Below, one piece after another: positions 13,902 through 27,049 of a stretch of 64,000 bases of DNA. The DNA is from Eledone cirrhosa (lineage: Eukaryota). Each line of letters begins with the position of its first letter. Positions within the stretch are counted from its first letter, which is position 1. The position numbers were made by a program, and so were the translations under genes. Where the stretch lies: NCBI GenBank assembly GCA_964016885.1, contig OZ024744.1, forward strand, positions 79,422,001 to 79,486,000. Reading direction: 5' to 3'. Below the pieces are notes generated by a model. It was not told where the DNA came from. It saw nothing but the letters and a program-made list of their open reading frames with translations, and did not search any database.

Positions 13902-14129
13902 GTTACAACAGTGATGAGGACAGGTGCTTAAGTTTTGTTGGGGTATTTACCCAACTCATTCAGCTTGCCATATAAAGCACCTGTTCAATTTGTATTACAC
14001 CCTTTTACTTACTTACACACACACATATCCTCTTAATTTCGTACAGATGTATAACACACACACATGCATATGCACGAGCACACGTATAGCTCTATATACA
14101 AAACGTTTTTTTTATATTTCAGATAGATG

Positions 14130-14400
14130 CGCTCCATCATCCACTTTTCTAAAAAGTATATCATATATAAAACGCCAACATCAACAGTTTTCCAGGAGAT
14201 GGTAACATTAATGGACCTGCTATTTTTCTCTAAAAACATTTTTTCCCATTTCGCCCTTCAATCTCTCTAATTTCTCATTCTTTCTTCTGATGAAGGACTA
14301 GCAACCAAAACGTTAAGACCCTCTTCCTGCTATTTCAAGCGTTAAACTAATATATTCCTTCCATATACTGTACTGATTGTGTTGTTATTTCTGTTTACCT
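14130..14400 (+). mobile_element. Penelope-like 3' remnant with decayed minimal hammerhead (14283-14318)
   Basis: SLKTFFPF..N-like C-terminus followed by tctt-CTGATGA-agg..cc-AAAA(GAAA mutated)-cgt-t-aaga. Confidence 0.55.
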
Positions 14401-14425
14401 TTTACACACACACACACACACACAT

Positions 14426-14460
<35 letters not shown>

Positions 14461-14464
<4 letters not shown>

Positions 14465-14981
14465 ACCTTACCTAAATACAAAGTAAAACCTACTACAGTC
14501 AGTAGGCATCTCTAACAAAATACACCCCCGTCCCACCAACCCCACCCCATCCACACCGCCCCTTTCAATGTAAAGTTATGTTGGTGCCACAACATCCAGG
14601 CCGAAACAAATGAGATCGTGTAGGTGTCACAACAAAAAAAACACACAGTCCACACTGTAATGTGGTCGTGTAGGCAACACGGTAAAAACCAGCCCCACAC
14701 TGTAAATGTGGTTGGTGTTAGGAAGGGCATCCAGCTGTAGAAAACCCGCCAGACAGTCCACGCTGTAATGTGGCCGTGTAGGCAACACGGTAAAAAAACC
14801 TCCCAGTCCCACACTGTAAATGTGGTTGGTGTTAGGAAGGGCATCCAGCTGTAGAAAACCCGCCAGACAGTCCTATGCGAGCAAGACAATCACTCTTGCC
14901 TCAAGTGGGAAAACCCCCGTCCAAACCCATGCAAGCGTGGAACACGGACGTTAAACGATGATGATGATGATGATGATGATG
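14461..14981 (+). mobile_element. RTE 3' UTR copy with (GAT)n tail
   Basis: Near-identical to 16307-16727, with an internal duplication. Confidence 0.9.
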
Positions 14982-14983
14982 AT

Positions 14984-15050
<67 letters not shown>

Positions 15051-15060
15051 TATATATACA

Positions 15061-16727
15061 GCTAAAGGTAAACCCCTCTACTTAGCTTTTGTCGACTTGG
15101 AGAAAGCCTTCGACAGAGTCCCCCGCTCCATTATCTGGTGGGCTCTTAGAAAACTAGGCGTTGACGAATGGCTTGTGAGAGCTATACAAGCCATGCATAA
15201 AGAAACAGTTAGCAAGGTTAGAATTAACAACGAATATAGTGAAGAGTTTAGCGTAAAAGTTGGCGTCTATCAGGGCTCTCTTCTCAGCCCCCTACTATTT
15301 ATTATTGCCCTTCAGGCTATAACAGAGGAGTTCAAGACCGGCTGCCCATGGGAACTCCTATACGCAGACGACCTGACACTCATAGCGGAATCAATGGCCG
15401 AGCTAGAGAAGAAATTCCAAACATGGAAGCACGGCCTAGAATCAAAAGGCCTTAAAATTAACCTGGCTAAGACTAAAGTTCTAGTTTGTAGGAAAGAAAA
15501 TAAGGCGGCGGTCCCTTCTGGGAAATGGTCGTGCTCGGTGTGTAGGAAAGGCGTAGGTAGAAACTCCATTTTATGTCCTAAATGCAAAGTATGGGTGCAT
15601 AAAAGATGTAGTGGGATCACAGGTAAGCTAACTAAGAACATAGATTTTACATGTGGCCGGTGCTCTGGTGAAATAAGTAGCAGCAAGTGCCCACAAAATA
15701 CTAGCTCATTCAACTGCGCAGAGGGTTCTATAGAAATAGTGGACAGTTTCCGTTACCTGGGTGACAAAATCAGCAGTGGGGGAGGGTGCTCTGAAAGTAC
15801 AGTAGCTAGAGTCAGAACTGGTTGGAAAAAGTTCAGAGAGCTTATACCACTATTAGCTGCTAAAGGGTTCTCCCTAAAAATGAAAGGCAGGTTGTACGAT
15901 GCCTGCATACGAACAGCAATGTTGCATGGCAGTGAGACCTGGGCATTGTGTGCAGAGGATATACGCAGACTAGAGAGGAACGAAGCTTGCATGCTCCACT
16001 GGATGTGTAACAGTAATATACGTGAACGGCAAAGCATAAACGAACTAAGGAAAAAATTAGAAATAAGAGGGATCAGATGTTGTTTACTCGAGAGAAGGCT
16101 ACGTTGGTATGGACACGTGATGCGCATGAAAGTCGATAGCTGTATAACAAAGTGCAGGGCAATAAAGATAGACGGTAGCCACGGAATAGGCAGACCTAGA
16201 AAAACCTGGGACGAGCTGATAAACTCCGACCTCACACACTTACACCTCTCCAAGACAATGTCACTGGACCGAGACCTTTGGCGGTACTCAGTAACAGAGA
16301 AGACCCGCCTTACCTAAATACATAGTAAAACCTACTACAGCCAGTAGGCATCTCTAACAAAATACCCCCCCACCCCCACCCCCACCCCACACACACACCC
16401 CACCCCATCCACACCACCCCATTCTATGTAAAGTTGTGTTGGTGCCACACCATCCAGGCCGAAACAAATGAGATCGTGTAGGTGTCACGACAAAAAAACA
16501 CACAGTCCACGCTGTAATGTGGCCGTGTAGGCAACACGGTAAAAACCTCCCAGACCCACACTGTAAATGTGGTTGGTGTTAGGAAGGGCATCCAACTGTA
16601 GAAAACCTGCCAGACAGTCCTATGCGAGCAAGACAATCACTCTTGCCTCAAGTGGGACTACCCCCGTCCAAACCCATGCAAGCGTGGAACACGGACGTTA
16701 AACGTTGATGATGATGATGATGATGAT
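15061..16727 (+). mobile_element. 5'-truncated RTE LINE; open RT C-terminal ORF 15097-16317
   Basis: EKAFDRV, QGSLLSP, YADD, Cys/His finger, WYGHVMRM, GRPRKTW; (GAT)n tail; flanked by (TA)n. Confidence 0.95.
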
Positions 16728-16741
16728 ATATATATATATTC

Positions 16742-16796
<55 letters not shown>

Positions 16797-16799
16797 ATC

Positions 16800-17165
16800 C
16801 ACTACACCTACTCTATCCTCCCACTCCCACCAACACCACCCTCTCTCTATAAAGTTGGTACCCCAACATCCAGTCCAAATAAATGAGATAATGAGATCGA
16901 GATCGTGTAGGTGTCACGAGAAAAAACACACAGTCCACGCTGTAATGTGGCCGTGTAGGTAACACGGTAAAAAGTTCCCAGTTCCACACTGTAAATGTGG
17001 TTGCTGTTAGGAAGGGCATCCAGCTGTAGAAAACCCGCCAGATAGTCCTACATGAGCGAGACATGGTCACCTGACCAACCTTGCCTCAAACAGGACAACT
17101 CCCGTCTAACCCATGCTAGCGTGGAATATGGACGTTAAACGATGATGATGATGATGATGATGAAT
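16800..17165 (+). mobile_element. RTE 3' UTR fragment
   Basis: ttaggaagggcatccagctgtagaaaac...ggacgttaaacgatgatg. Confidence 0.85.
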
Positions 17166-17176
17166 GATATATATAT

Positions 17177-17336
17177 ATAGGAATGAGTAGGACCCCGACG
17201 GCTGAGCTCAAGCCGTTTCGACGGCTAATTCTGGACTTTTTTTTTTTTCTGGACTTTTTTTTTTTTTTTTTTTTTTTGTACATAATTAGCCATCGAAACG
17301 GCTTGAGCTCAGCCGTCGGTGTCCTACTCGTTCCTA
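17177..17336. repeat. Inverted repeat of a 3' half-hammerhead around a poly-T insert
   Basis: ~54-bp arms; right arm reads GAAA-cggct tgagctc agccg-TC. Confidence 0.7.
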
Positions 17337-17602
17337 TTACCCACTCTACTACCCTAAGTATTGAGTACTTTGGTGCGTTATGGTCCACCTGGTTCCTTAC
17401 CACATTTCTTCCGTTATATATATATATATGTATATGTAACAGCCGTATTAAGAGTGGGAAATGAAATTTTGGTTCATTTTTTTCCGTTTATCCTTTTTGG
17501 TGCACCCGGCCGATTAACACACTTGATATGCAAATTGGGCTACTCAGCCGTTAATATGCATAAGGTAAGTATATACGTTCAACAATCTGGCAGGAAGGTA
17601 TA

Positions 17603-17643
17603 CGTTGCTGACGATAGCTAATAAGCTTGAAACTAGTACAGTG
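17603..17643 (+). ncRNA. Minimal type I hammerhead ribozyme
   Basis: cgttg-CTGACGA-tagct aata agctt-GAAA-ctag-TA-cagtg; palindromic stem III ACTAGT, GUA cleavage triplet. Confidence 0.8.
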
Positions 17644-18127
17644 TTCCTTTATCAGTGTTGAACAAACGAGCAACGATGGTTGCTAGACACTACGGCTTAA
17701 TACGGGATGTTTGTTTACAAACACACCGAGCATTATAATCTATGTCCGGTGAATCCATACGTACATATATATATGTGTGCATGTATGTATATATATATAC
17801 ATACTACTGGACATCTGTATACATACGAGTGGGTTAATCAGCCGGGTGCACTGAAAACGATAAACGGAAAAAATGAACCGAAATTTCATTTCCCACTCTT
17901 AGTACGGCTGTTACTTAAATATAAGTATGTACACGTACATACACATATGTATACAGACGTACAGTAGTATGTATATATATATACATACATGCACACATAT
18001 ATATATGTACGTATGGATTCACCGAACATTTATTATAATTCTCGGTGTGCTTGTAAACAAACATCCCGTATTAAGCCGTAGTGTCTAGCAACCATCGTTG
18101 CTCGTTTGTTCAACACTGACAAAGGAA

Positions 18128-18168
18128 CGCTGTACTAGTTTCAAGCTTATTAGCTATCATCAGCAACG
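18128..18168 (-). ncRNA. Minimal type I hammerhead ribozyme
   Basis: Reverse complement cgttg-CTGATGA-tagctaataagctt-GAAA-ctag-TA-cagcg. Confidence 0.8.
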
Positions 18169-18542
18169 TATACCTTCCTGCCAGATTGTTGAACGTATAT
18201 ACTTACCTTATGCATATTAACGGCTGATAGCCCAATTTGCATATCGAGTGGGTTAATCGGCCGGGTGCACCGAAAACGATAAACGGAAAAAATGAAACAA
18301 GATTTCATTTCCCACTCTTAGTACGGCTGTTACTTAAATATAAGTATGTACACATACATACACATATGTATACAGACGTACAGTAGTATATATATATATA
18401 CATACATGCACACATATATATGTACGTATGGATTCACCGAACATTTATTATAATGCTCGGTGTGCTTGTAAACAAACATCCCGTATTAAGCCGTAGTGTC
18501 CAGCAACCATCGTTGCTCATTTGTTCAACACTGACAAAGGAA

Positions 18543-18583
18543 CGCTGCTGACGATGGCTAATAAGCTTGAAACTAGTACAGCA
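18543..18583 (+). ncRNA. Type I hammerhead ribozyme with stem I extended by a local inversion
   Basis: cgctg-CTGACGA-tggctaataagctt-GAAA-ctag-TA-cagca. Confidence 0.75.
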
Positions 18584-18794
18584 TTCCTTTGTCAGTGTTG
18601 AACATATATATATATGTATATATATATGTTCAACAAGCGATGTGCCTCTATATATATATATATATATATACATATATATAAACTGGAGCAATGTGAAATA
18701 AAGTGTCTTGCTCAAGGAAACAACACATCACCCGGTCTGAGATTTGAACTCACAACCTTTCGATTGCAAGGCCTAACCACTAAGCCATGTGCCT

Positions 18795-18873
<79 letters not shown>

Positions 18874-18899
18874 CATGTATATATATATATATATATATA

Positions 18900-19544
<645 letters not shown>

Positions 19545-19545
19545 C

Positions 19546-19581
<36 letters not shown>

Positions 19582-19665
19582 ATAATAATAAAATTGAAGA
19601 CTAAAATCCAAAGAGGGCTCGATAAGGAAAATATATATCAAATATATAAGAACCGTAGAGCAAAT

Positions 19666-20529
19666 ATTTATTAAAATAACAGATTAAAGTTTAAGCAAAG
19701 AATCGCTGCTTTCACCCTTAACGGGATCTTCTGAAACTAACAAAGTCAATCTGTAAACGCAGAACTGGATATTTCAAAAAACGTTGCAACCGGAGGAAGA
19801 CAGGAAGACGATACTTTGGTTCGTGGTAACGTTCGCTGGCAAAGAACGGGAAAAAACGAATAATACGTCATTAATAGGAGCGGTGAAAAACAATTACGCG
19901 CAAAGACAAAATCACGTTTATGGTATACACACACACATATTTATATGTGCGTGGTTTTGTATACCCATGGTAAGGTTTTGCGTATGCTTGTGTATGTACG
20001 TATCTGTTTGCGTGTATGTATTTATTTGTTTCTATTACTTCTGTATTGTATTTATTTACTTTGTTCTTAACTCTGTAGCAGAGATTCATTTGGTCTCCTA
20101 GTTAGAAATTTAGTCTACGATTTCTGCTATACCATTTACGTGGTTTTGTCTTTGCGTGCTATTGTTCTCCACGCTCCACATATGACTTATTATCTTCGTT
20201 TTTTCATTTCATTGCCAGAGAACGTCTCTATGCACCACCTAAGAGAACATTAGTCTACGACCTCTTTTATACCATATACGTGGTTTTGTCTTTGCGCGTA
20301 ATTGTTTTTCACCGCTCCTATTAATGACGTATTATTCGTTTTTTCCCGTTCTTTGCCAGCGAACGTCACCACGAACCAAAGTATCGTCTTCCTGTCTTCC
20401 TCCGGTTGCAACGTTTTTTGAAATATCCAGTTCTGCGTTTACAGATTGACTTTGTTAGTTTCAGAAGATCCCGTTAAGGGTGAAAGCAGCGATTCTTTGC
20501 TTAAACTTTAATCTGTTATTTTTAATAAT
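19666..20529. mobile_element. Non-coding element with ~260-bp inverted arms and outward-facing CAGAAGA hammerhead-like motifs (19688-19738 -, 20457-20507 +)
   Basis: 19666-19926 is the reverse complement of 20268-20529; related copy at ~7490-7710. Confidence 0.75.
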
Positions 20530-20534
20530 ATATA

Positions 20535-20734
20535 NNNNNNNNNNNNNNNNNNNNNNNNNNNNNNNNNNNNNNNNNNNNNNNNNNNNNNNNNNNNNNNNNN
20601 NNNNNNNNNNNNNNNNNNNNNNNNNNNNNNNNNNNNNNNNNNNNNNNNNNNNNNNNNNNNNNNNNNNNNNNNNNNNNNNNNNNNNNNNNNNNNNNNNNNN
20701 NNNNNNNNNNNNNNNNNNNNNNNNNNNNNNNNNN
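20535..20734. other. Assembly gap (200 N)
   Basis: Direct reading. Confidence 1.
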
Positions 20735-22177
20735 GGCAGGTTTTCTACAGTTGGATGCCCTTCCTAACACCAACCACATTTACAGTGTGGGTCTGGGAGG
20801 TTTTTACCGTGTTGCCTACACGGCCACATTACAGCGTGGACTGTGTGTTTTTTTGTCGTGACACCTACACGATCTCATTTGTTTCGGCCTGGATGGCGCG
20901 GCACCATCATAACTTTACATAGAACGGGGTGGTGTGGATGGGGTGGGGGTGGGGGTGGTGGGACGGGGTGTATTTTGTTAGAGATGTATTTAGGTAAGGC
21001 GGGTCTTCTCTGTTACTGAGTACCGCCAAAGGTCTCGATCCAGTGACATTGTCTTGGAGAGATGTAAGTGTGTGAGGTCGGAGTTTATCAGCTCGTCCCA
21101 GGTTTTTCTAGGTCTGCCTATTCTGTGGCTACCGTCTATCTTTATTGCCCTGCACTTTGTTATACAGCTATCGACTTTCATGCGCATCACGTGTCCATAC
21201 CAACGTAGCCTTCTCTCGAGTAAACAACATCTGATCCCTCTTATTTCTAATTTTTTCCTTAGTTCGTTTATGCTCTGCCGTTCACGTATATTACTGTTAC
21301 ACATCCAGCGGAGCATGCAAGCTTCATTCCTCTCTAGTCTGCGTATATCCTCTGCACACAATGCCCAGGTCTCACTGCCATGCAACATTGCTGTTCGTAT
21401 GCAGGCATCGTACAACCTGCCTTTCATTTTTAGGGAGAACCCTTTAGCAGCTAATAGTGGTATAAGCTCTCTGAACTTTTTCCAACCAGTTCTGACTCTA
21501 GCTACTGTACTTTCAGAGCACCCTCCCCCACTGCTGATTTTATCGCCCAGGTAACGGAAGCTGTCCACTATTTCTATAGAACCCTCTGCGCAATTGAAAG
21601 AGCTAGTATTTTGTGGGCACTTGCTGCTACTTATTGCACCAGAGCACCGGCCACATGTAAAATCTATGTTCTTAGTTAGCTTACCTGTGATCCCACTACA
21701 TCTTTTATGCACCCATACTTTGCATTTAGGACATAAAATGGAGTTTCTACCTACGCCTTTCCTACACACCGAGCACGGCCATTTCCCAGAAGGGACTGCC
21801 GCCTTATTTTCTTTCCTACAAACTAGAACTTTAGTCTTAACCAGGTTAATTTTAAGTCCTTTTGATTCTAGGCCGTGCTTCCATGTTTGGAATTTCTTCT
21901 CTAGCTCGGCCATTGATTCCGCTATGAGTGTCAGGTCGTCTGCGTATAGGAGTTCCCATGGGCAGCCGGTCTTGAACTCCTCTGTTATAGCCTGAGGGGC
22001 AATAATAAATAGTAGGGGGCTGAGAACAGAGCCCTGATGGACGCCAACTTTTATGCTAAACTCTTCACTATATTCGTTGTTAATTCTAACCTTGCTGACT
22101 GTTTCTTTATACATGGCTTGTATAGCTCTCACAAGCCATTCGTCAACGCCTAGTTTCCTAAGAGCCCACCAGATAAT
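20735..22177 (-). mobile_element. 5'-truncated RTE LINE, near-identical to 15061-16727
   Basis: ORF 20990-22249 is almost the same protein; its first ~24 aa come from the adjacent SINE. Confidence 0.95.
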
Positions 22178-22189
22178 GGATATATTTAT

Positions 22190-22510
22190 GGAGGCACATG
22201 GCTTAGTGGTTAGAGTATTGGCCTTGCAATCGAAAAGTTGTGCGTTCAATTCTCAGACCAGGTGATGTGTTGTTTCCTTGAGCAAGACACTTTATTTCAC
22301 ATTGCTCGAGTTTACTCAGCTGTAGACCACTGCAAAGTGGTCGTGGGGGTGCCACGGCAAAAAAGCACCCAGCACTCACTGTAAATGAGGTTGGTGTTAG
22401 GAAGGACATCCAGCTGTAGAAATCAAGCCAGAATCAGTTCCCGTCCCACCCTTGCAAGCAGGGAAAGGTGGACGTAAAATGAAATGATGATGATGATGAT
22501 GAATGATGAT
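22190..22510 (+). mobile_element. tRNA-derived SINE family 2 with RTE-derived tail (copies ~18680(-), 36987-37320(-), 37585-37875, 45962-46190, 48060-48322(-), 55643-55980)
   Basis: A box tggcttagtggttag, B-box-like gttcaattct, central tccttgagcaagacacttt, tail shared with the RTE 3' UTR, (GAT)n. Confidence 0.88.
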
Positions 22511-23329
22511 TGTGTTTACTAATATTTTGTGATAAAGGAGGTGAGAACTGTGAAATGTTTTCAATTGGAAGATGTGTCTGTCATTTATAAATGAAGATGT
22601 CACTGAGAGAAACAAGTTGAATATGACATTGTACTAATTTGACCTTACTCACAGTTAAAAGATAAAATACACCCATCACACAATTTGTGAGAAAAACATG
22701 AAGAATGTCATTTAAGAAGTGGCTGAATATTTAAGTTGTAGAAGAGGTGAGGGGTTCTAATCTCAGTGGATCCCACAGAGAGATGTGGCATTGTTCTACG
22801 TGTCTGCATTCTGAGTTCAGATCCTGACAAGGTTGAATTACTTGGCCAATAAATAAAATACTAGTAAAATACTGAGATTAATTTCTCTCTCTCTCTCTCT
22901 TTCTCTCTGAATCATTTATAAGTAAAACATTGATTAAATCTACATTAATTTTTCTTTAAAATCTATATTTTGTTAAACAAAAATTATTATTATTACTATA
23001 AAACTAATCCCACCGAGGTTAACTTTGCCTTTGATCCTTACAGGGTCGATAAAATAAAGTACCAGTAATGTACTGGGGTTGATTTAATCAAGTTTCCCCT
23101 CCATTTCAAGTTGCTGGCCTTGTGTCTAAAGAAGAAACAATTATTATTATTATTATTATCATGGTGGATTGGCAGTATCGGTAGAGGGTTGGACACCATG
23201 CTTTGCAGCCTAGAGCTACAGCCCTTTACGGTCTGAGTTCAAATCCCGCCGAGGTTAACTTTGCCTTTCATCTTTATGGGGTTGATAAAATAAAGTACCA
23301 GTAATGTACCAAAAGTAGAAACAGTTATA

Positions 23330-23870
23330 CCAGTAATGTACTGGGTAATTGCTGGCCTTGTACTAAAAGTAGAAACAGTTATACCAGTAATGTACTGGGT
23401 AATTTCTGGCCTTGTACTAAAAGTAAAAACAATTATATCAATACTGTACTGGGTAATTGCTGGTCTTGTACTAAAAGTAGAAACAGTTATACCAGTAATG
23501 TACTGGGTAATTTCTGGCCTTGTACCAAAAGTAGAAATAATTATATCAATAATGTACTGGGTAATTGCTGGTATTGTACTAAAAGTAGAAACAGTTATAC
23601 CAGTAATGTACTGGGTAATTTCTGGCCTTGTACCAAAAGTAGAAATAATTATACCAGTAATGTACTGGGTAATTGCTGGCCTTGTACTAAAAGTAGAAAC
23701 AATTATATCAGTAATGTACTGGGTAATTGCTGGCCTTGTACCAAAAGTAGAAACAATTATACCAGTAATGTACTGGGTAATTTCTGGCCTTGTACCAAAA
23801 GTAGAAATAATTATACCAGTAATGTACTGGGGTAATTGCTGGCCTTGTACCAAAAGTAGAAACAATTATT
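23330..23870 (+). repeat. 54-bp minisatellite (~10 copies) built from the SINE family 1 3' end
   Basis: accagtaatgtactgggtaattgctggccttgtactaaaagtagaaacagttat; 18-aa periodicity in the ORF track. Confidence 0.92.
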
Positions 23871-23959
23871 ATTACTTTGATATCTCAGTTATTGATTTCA
23901 TTTAACCAGAAAATTTGCCCTAATGAACATGAAGCTGTTACATACTGTTAAATACAGCC

Positions 23960-24270
23960 TCAGATATTCAGAACGTATTGAAGGGTCCTTGCTGTTCTCA
24001 GTAGGCATGCCTTCTGGAGTGTGGCTGGACTAATGTTCTTTAATCAGCTTTGGAAACTCTTCAAGATAGTACCTAGTGCACCTATGACAATGGGGACAAC
24101 TTCCATCTCAAGACAATCCCAAATTCTTTTCAGTTTCCACTTTAGATCCTGGTACCAGTTAATTTTTTCCTTCTCCTTTTCTTGCACTCTTGTGTCAAAG
24201 AGGCAAGCTACATCTATAATCAAGCAAGATCTTTTTTCCTTGTGAAAAATCACTAGGTCAGGCCTAATTC
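23960..24270 (-). mobile_element. R4/Dong-like non-LTR retrotransposon 3' fragment (restriction-like endonuclease)
   Basis: RPDLVI...IIDVAC..D...EKEKINWYQDL...VPIVIGALG, then QKACLLRTARTLQYVL. Confidence 0.8.
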
Positions 24271-25539
24271 TTTGCCTTTCCCTTGGACAACATCGGAGGC
24301 ATAGAGAGGGGAAGCTAGTATGTATAGGCGACTTCTGGTCTTCCACAAACAACCTTGCCCAGACTTGTGCCTCGGAGGGGAACTTTCTAGATTCAAATCC
24401 CATTGTCATTCGTGACCCTTACTATAAATATTATTAAAACATGGATAAATTACCAAGTTTTCGGAAAATATTAATCATGAGAATTGTTCTGCTGCATGGG
24501 TTATAAGAAAGTAGTTTTCAGAAAGCTCTAAAACCTTCTTAATTTCTATTACCCATTACCTCAATCTACCAGTGTATCTTTCACAATGTTTAACTACATG
24601 GCCATTAACAAGTTCTATTACGCAAATTAAAAAAAAAATTTATATAATGTAAATTGTTTGTTTTAGCTCCTGGCAGAACAAAAACAAAACAAAACCTAAC
24701 ACAATTCAATACCCTTAAGCACTACAATAAACATTGGAAATAGTTGTTGATTAGAAAAATAATTCATTCAGGAGTAATTATGCAAATTTATACAGTATTT
24801 TGAAAAAAAAAATTGTTTATTTTTGGTATTTGTTTTTGCAAAAGAAAAAAAGAATGTTAGAGAAAAATTTTATTTTAGGTTCAAGATTTATATTATTTTT
24901 GTTTTTATTATCATTTTTTCTATTTTATTATGTTATTATTATTATTAGATAAAAATAATAATAAATTAACAAAGAAATAATAATAATTATTATTATTATT
25001 AAATAAAAAAAATAATAACTTAATAATTTTTTATGAAACACAATTTTTATTTAGGTGGCGAATTGGCAGAGTCATTAGAATGTTGTGGTATTCATCCCAG
25101 CTCTTTGCTCTCTGAGTTCATCATTTCAAAATCGATAATAAAGTACCAGTCAAGTACCAGAATCAATTCTTCTATATTTCTTTCTCACTTATATTCTCTC
25201 ATTTTCTATCCTTCTCTGGAAGAAATCTGCTGCGATCAGATCTGGAGAGGCTTAAAATGCCCAAGAAATGCTGCATGCTCCAATGGCTTGCCTATGACTC
25301 TATTACCAATTACAGGACCAAACCATCATACTAAATGAAGCTCAACTTAAAAAAAATTTTCTGAATTGCATGCAAAATTCTATGGGAATGAACATTCTCA
25401 GACCAAATGAAGTTGATTACCAATGTTTTAAAGCAATTTATCCAAAATAAAATGAATTGCTGTAATTGTATATATATTATTAACTAAAACAGTGTCAGGT
25501 AATATTACTGGTGTGTGTGTGTATATATACACATATATA

Positions 25540-26585
25540 ATCATCATCATCGTTTAACGTCTATCTTCCACGTTAGCATGGGTTAGACGGGAGTTATCCC
25601 ACTTGAGGCAAGATTGGTCGGGTGACCGTGTCTCGCTCGTATAGGACTGTCTGGCAGGTTTTCTACAGCTGGATGCCCTTCCTAACACCAACCACGTTTA
25701 CAGTGTGGACTGGGAGCTTTTTACCGTGTTACCTACACGGCCACATTACAGCGTGGACTGTGTGTTTTATTGTCACGACACCTACATGACCTCATTAGTT
25801 TGGACTGGATGTTGTGGTACCAACATAATTTTACAGAGAAAGGGGTGGTGTTGATGGGAGTGGGAGGATGGAGTAGAGGATGGAGTAGGGGTTGGGTGTA
25901 TATTTGGTTAAGAAGTGCCTACTGACTGTAGGTTTCGCTTTGTACATAGGCAAGGCGGGTCTTCTGTATTACTGGGTAGCGCCAAAGATCTCGGTCCAGT
26001 GACATTGTCTTAGAGAGATGTAAGTGTGTAAGGTCGGAATTTATCAAATCGTCCCAGGTTTTTCTGGGTCTACCTACTCCATAACTTCCATCAATTTTGA
26101 TCGCCCTACACTTTTTTATACAGCTGTCGTTTTTCATGCGCATCACGTGACTATACCAGCATAGTCTTCTCTTGAGTAAACAGCATCTGATCCCTCTTAT
26201 TCCTAATTTCTCACTTAGTTCATTTATGTTTTGCCGTTTGCGTATATTACTATTACACATCCAATGGAGCATGCATGCTTCGTTCCAGTCTACGCAGATC
26301 CTCTGCACACAATGCCCATGTCTCACTGCCATGTAGCATTGCTGTTCGTATACAGGCATCATACAATCTGCCTTTCATTTTTAGAGAGAAACCTTTTGTG
26401 GCCAACAGTGGTATAAGCTCTCTAAACTTTTTCCATCCCGTACTTTCCATCCCGTACTTTCAGAACACCCTCCACCACTGCTGATTTTGTCACCCAGGTA
26501 ACGGAAAGTGTCCACTATTTCTATAGAACCATCTGGATAATAGAAAGAGCTAGTATCCTGTGGGCACTTGCTACTTATTGCACCT
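25540..26585 (-). mobile_element. RTE LINE 3' portion, frameshifted
   Basis: Homologous to the 15097-16317 ORF and its UTR. Confidence 0.9.
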
Positions 26586-27049
26586 TACAACCACAATGAG
26601 ACTCACACTGTCAATCTTCTGATTCAAAGCCTTATTCATTAGCCTAAGCAAGAATGTCGAAGTTTGCTTGAAGAATTTTGGAATATGAAAAATAGTCGCT
26701 TTGGAAGCCTCAACAATGCAGATGGGTAAATCTCCGGGTAACAAAATCAGGTGGTATTGAGCTGATAGAGAGAGAGAAGTAGGAAGAAGCGTAGAAAGAG
26801 ACGTAGAGAATGTAAAAGAACATAAGAAGGTGTAAAACGATAACATGAGATAGTTACCTTGGAAGCGAGAGATTTATTAGTCCCTATATTTCGGATTTCA
26901 CATCCATCAACGTGGGGGTTTTCTGAGGGAAAAGAGTTGTGTGGCCTTTGTTGTTTACCAGTAAATAATAAAGCCACACCTCTCCTGTTAGACCCATGCA
27001 TACATATACATGGAAAACTGGACACAGTTCACATCTACTCTCTCACAGT

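Larger units (their letters stand above)
17437..18604. mobile_element. Retrozyme-like ~419-bp repeat cluster (one + copy, ~1.7 - copies, short + end)
   Basis: cgagtgggttaatc at 17826 and 18245; one HHR per unit; no ORF. Confidence 0.8.

Noticed and set aside
22190-22262. tRNA gene calls for SINE heads
   Set aside because: No complete cloverleaf; continuous with SINE bodies in many diverged copies
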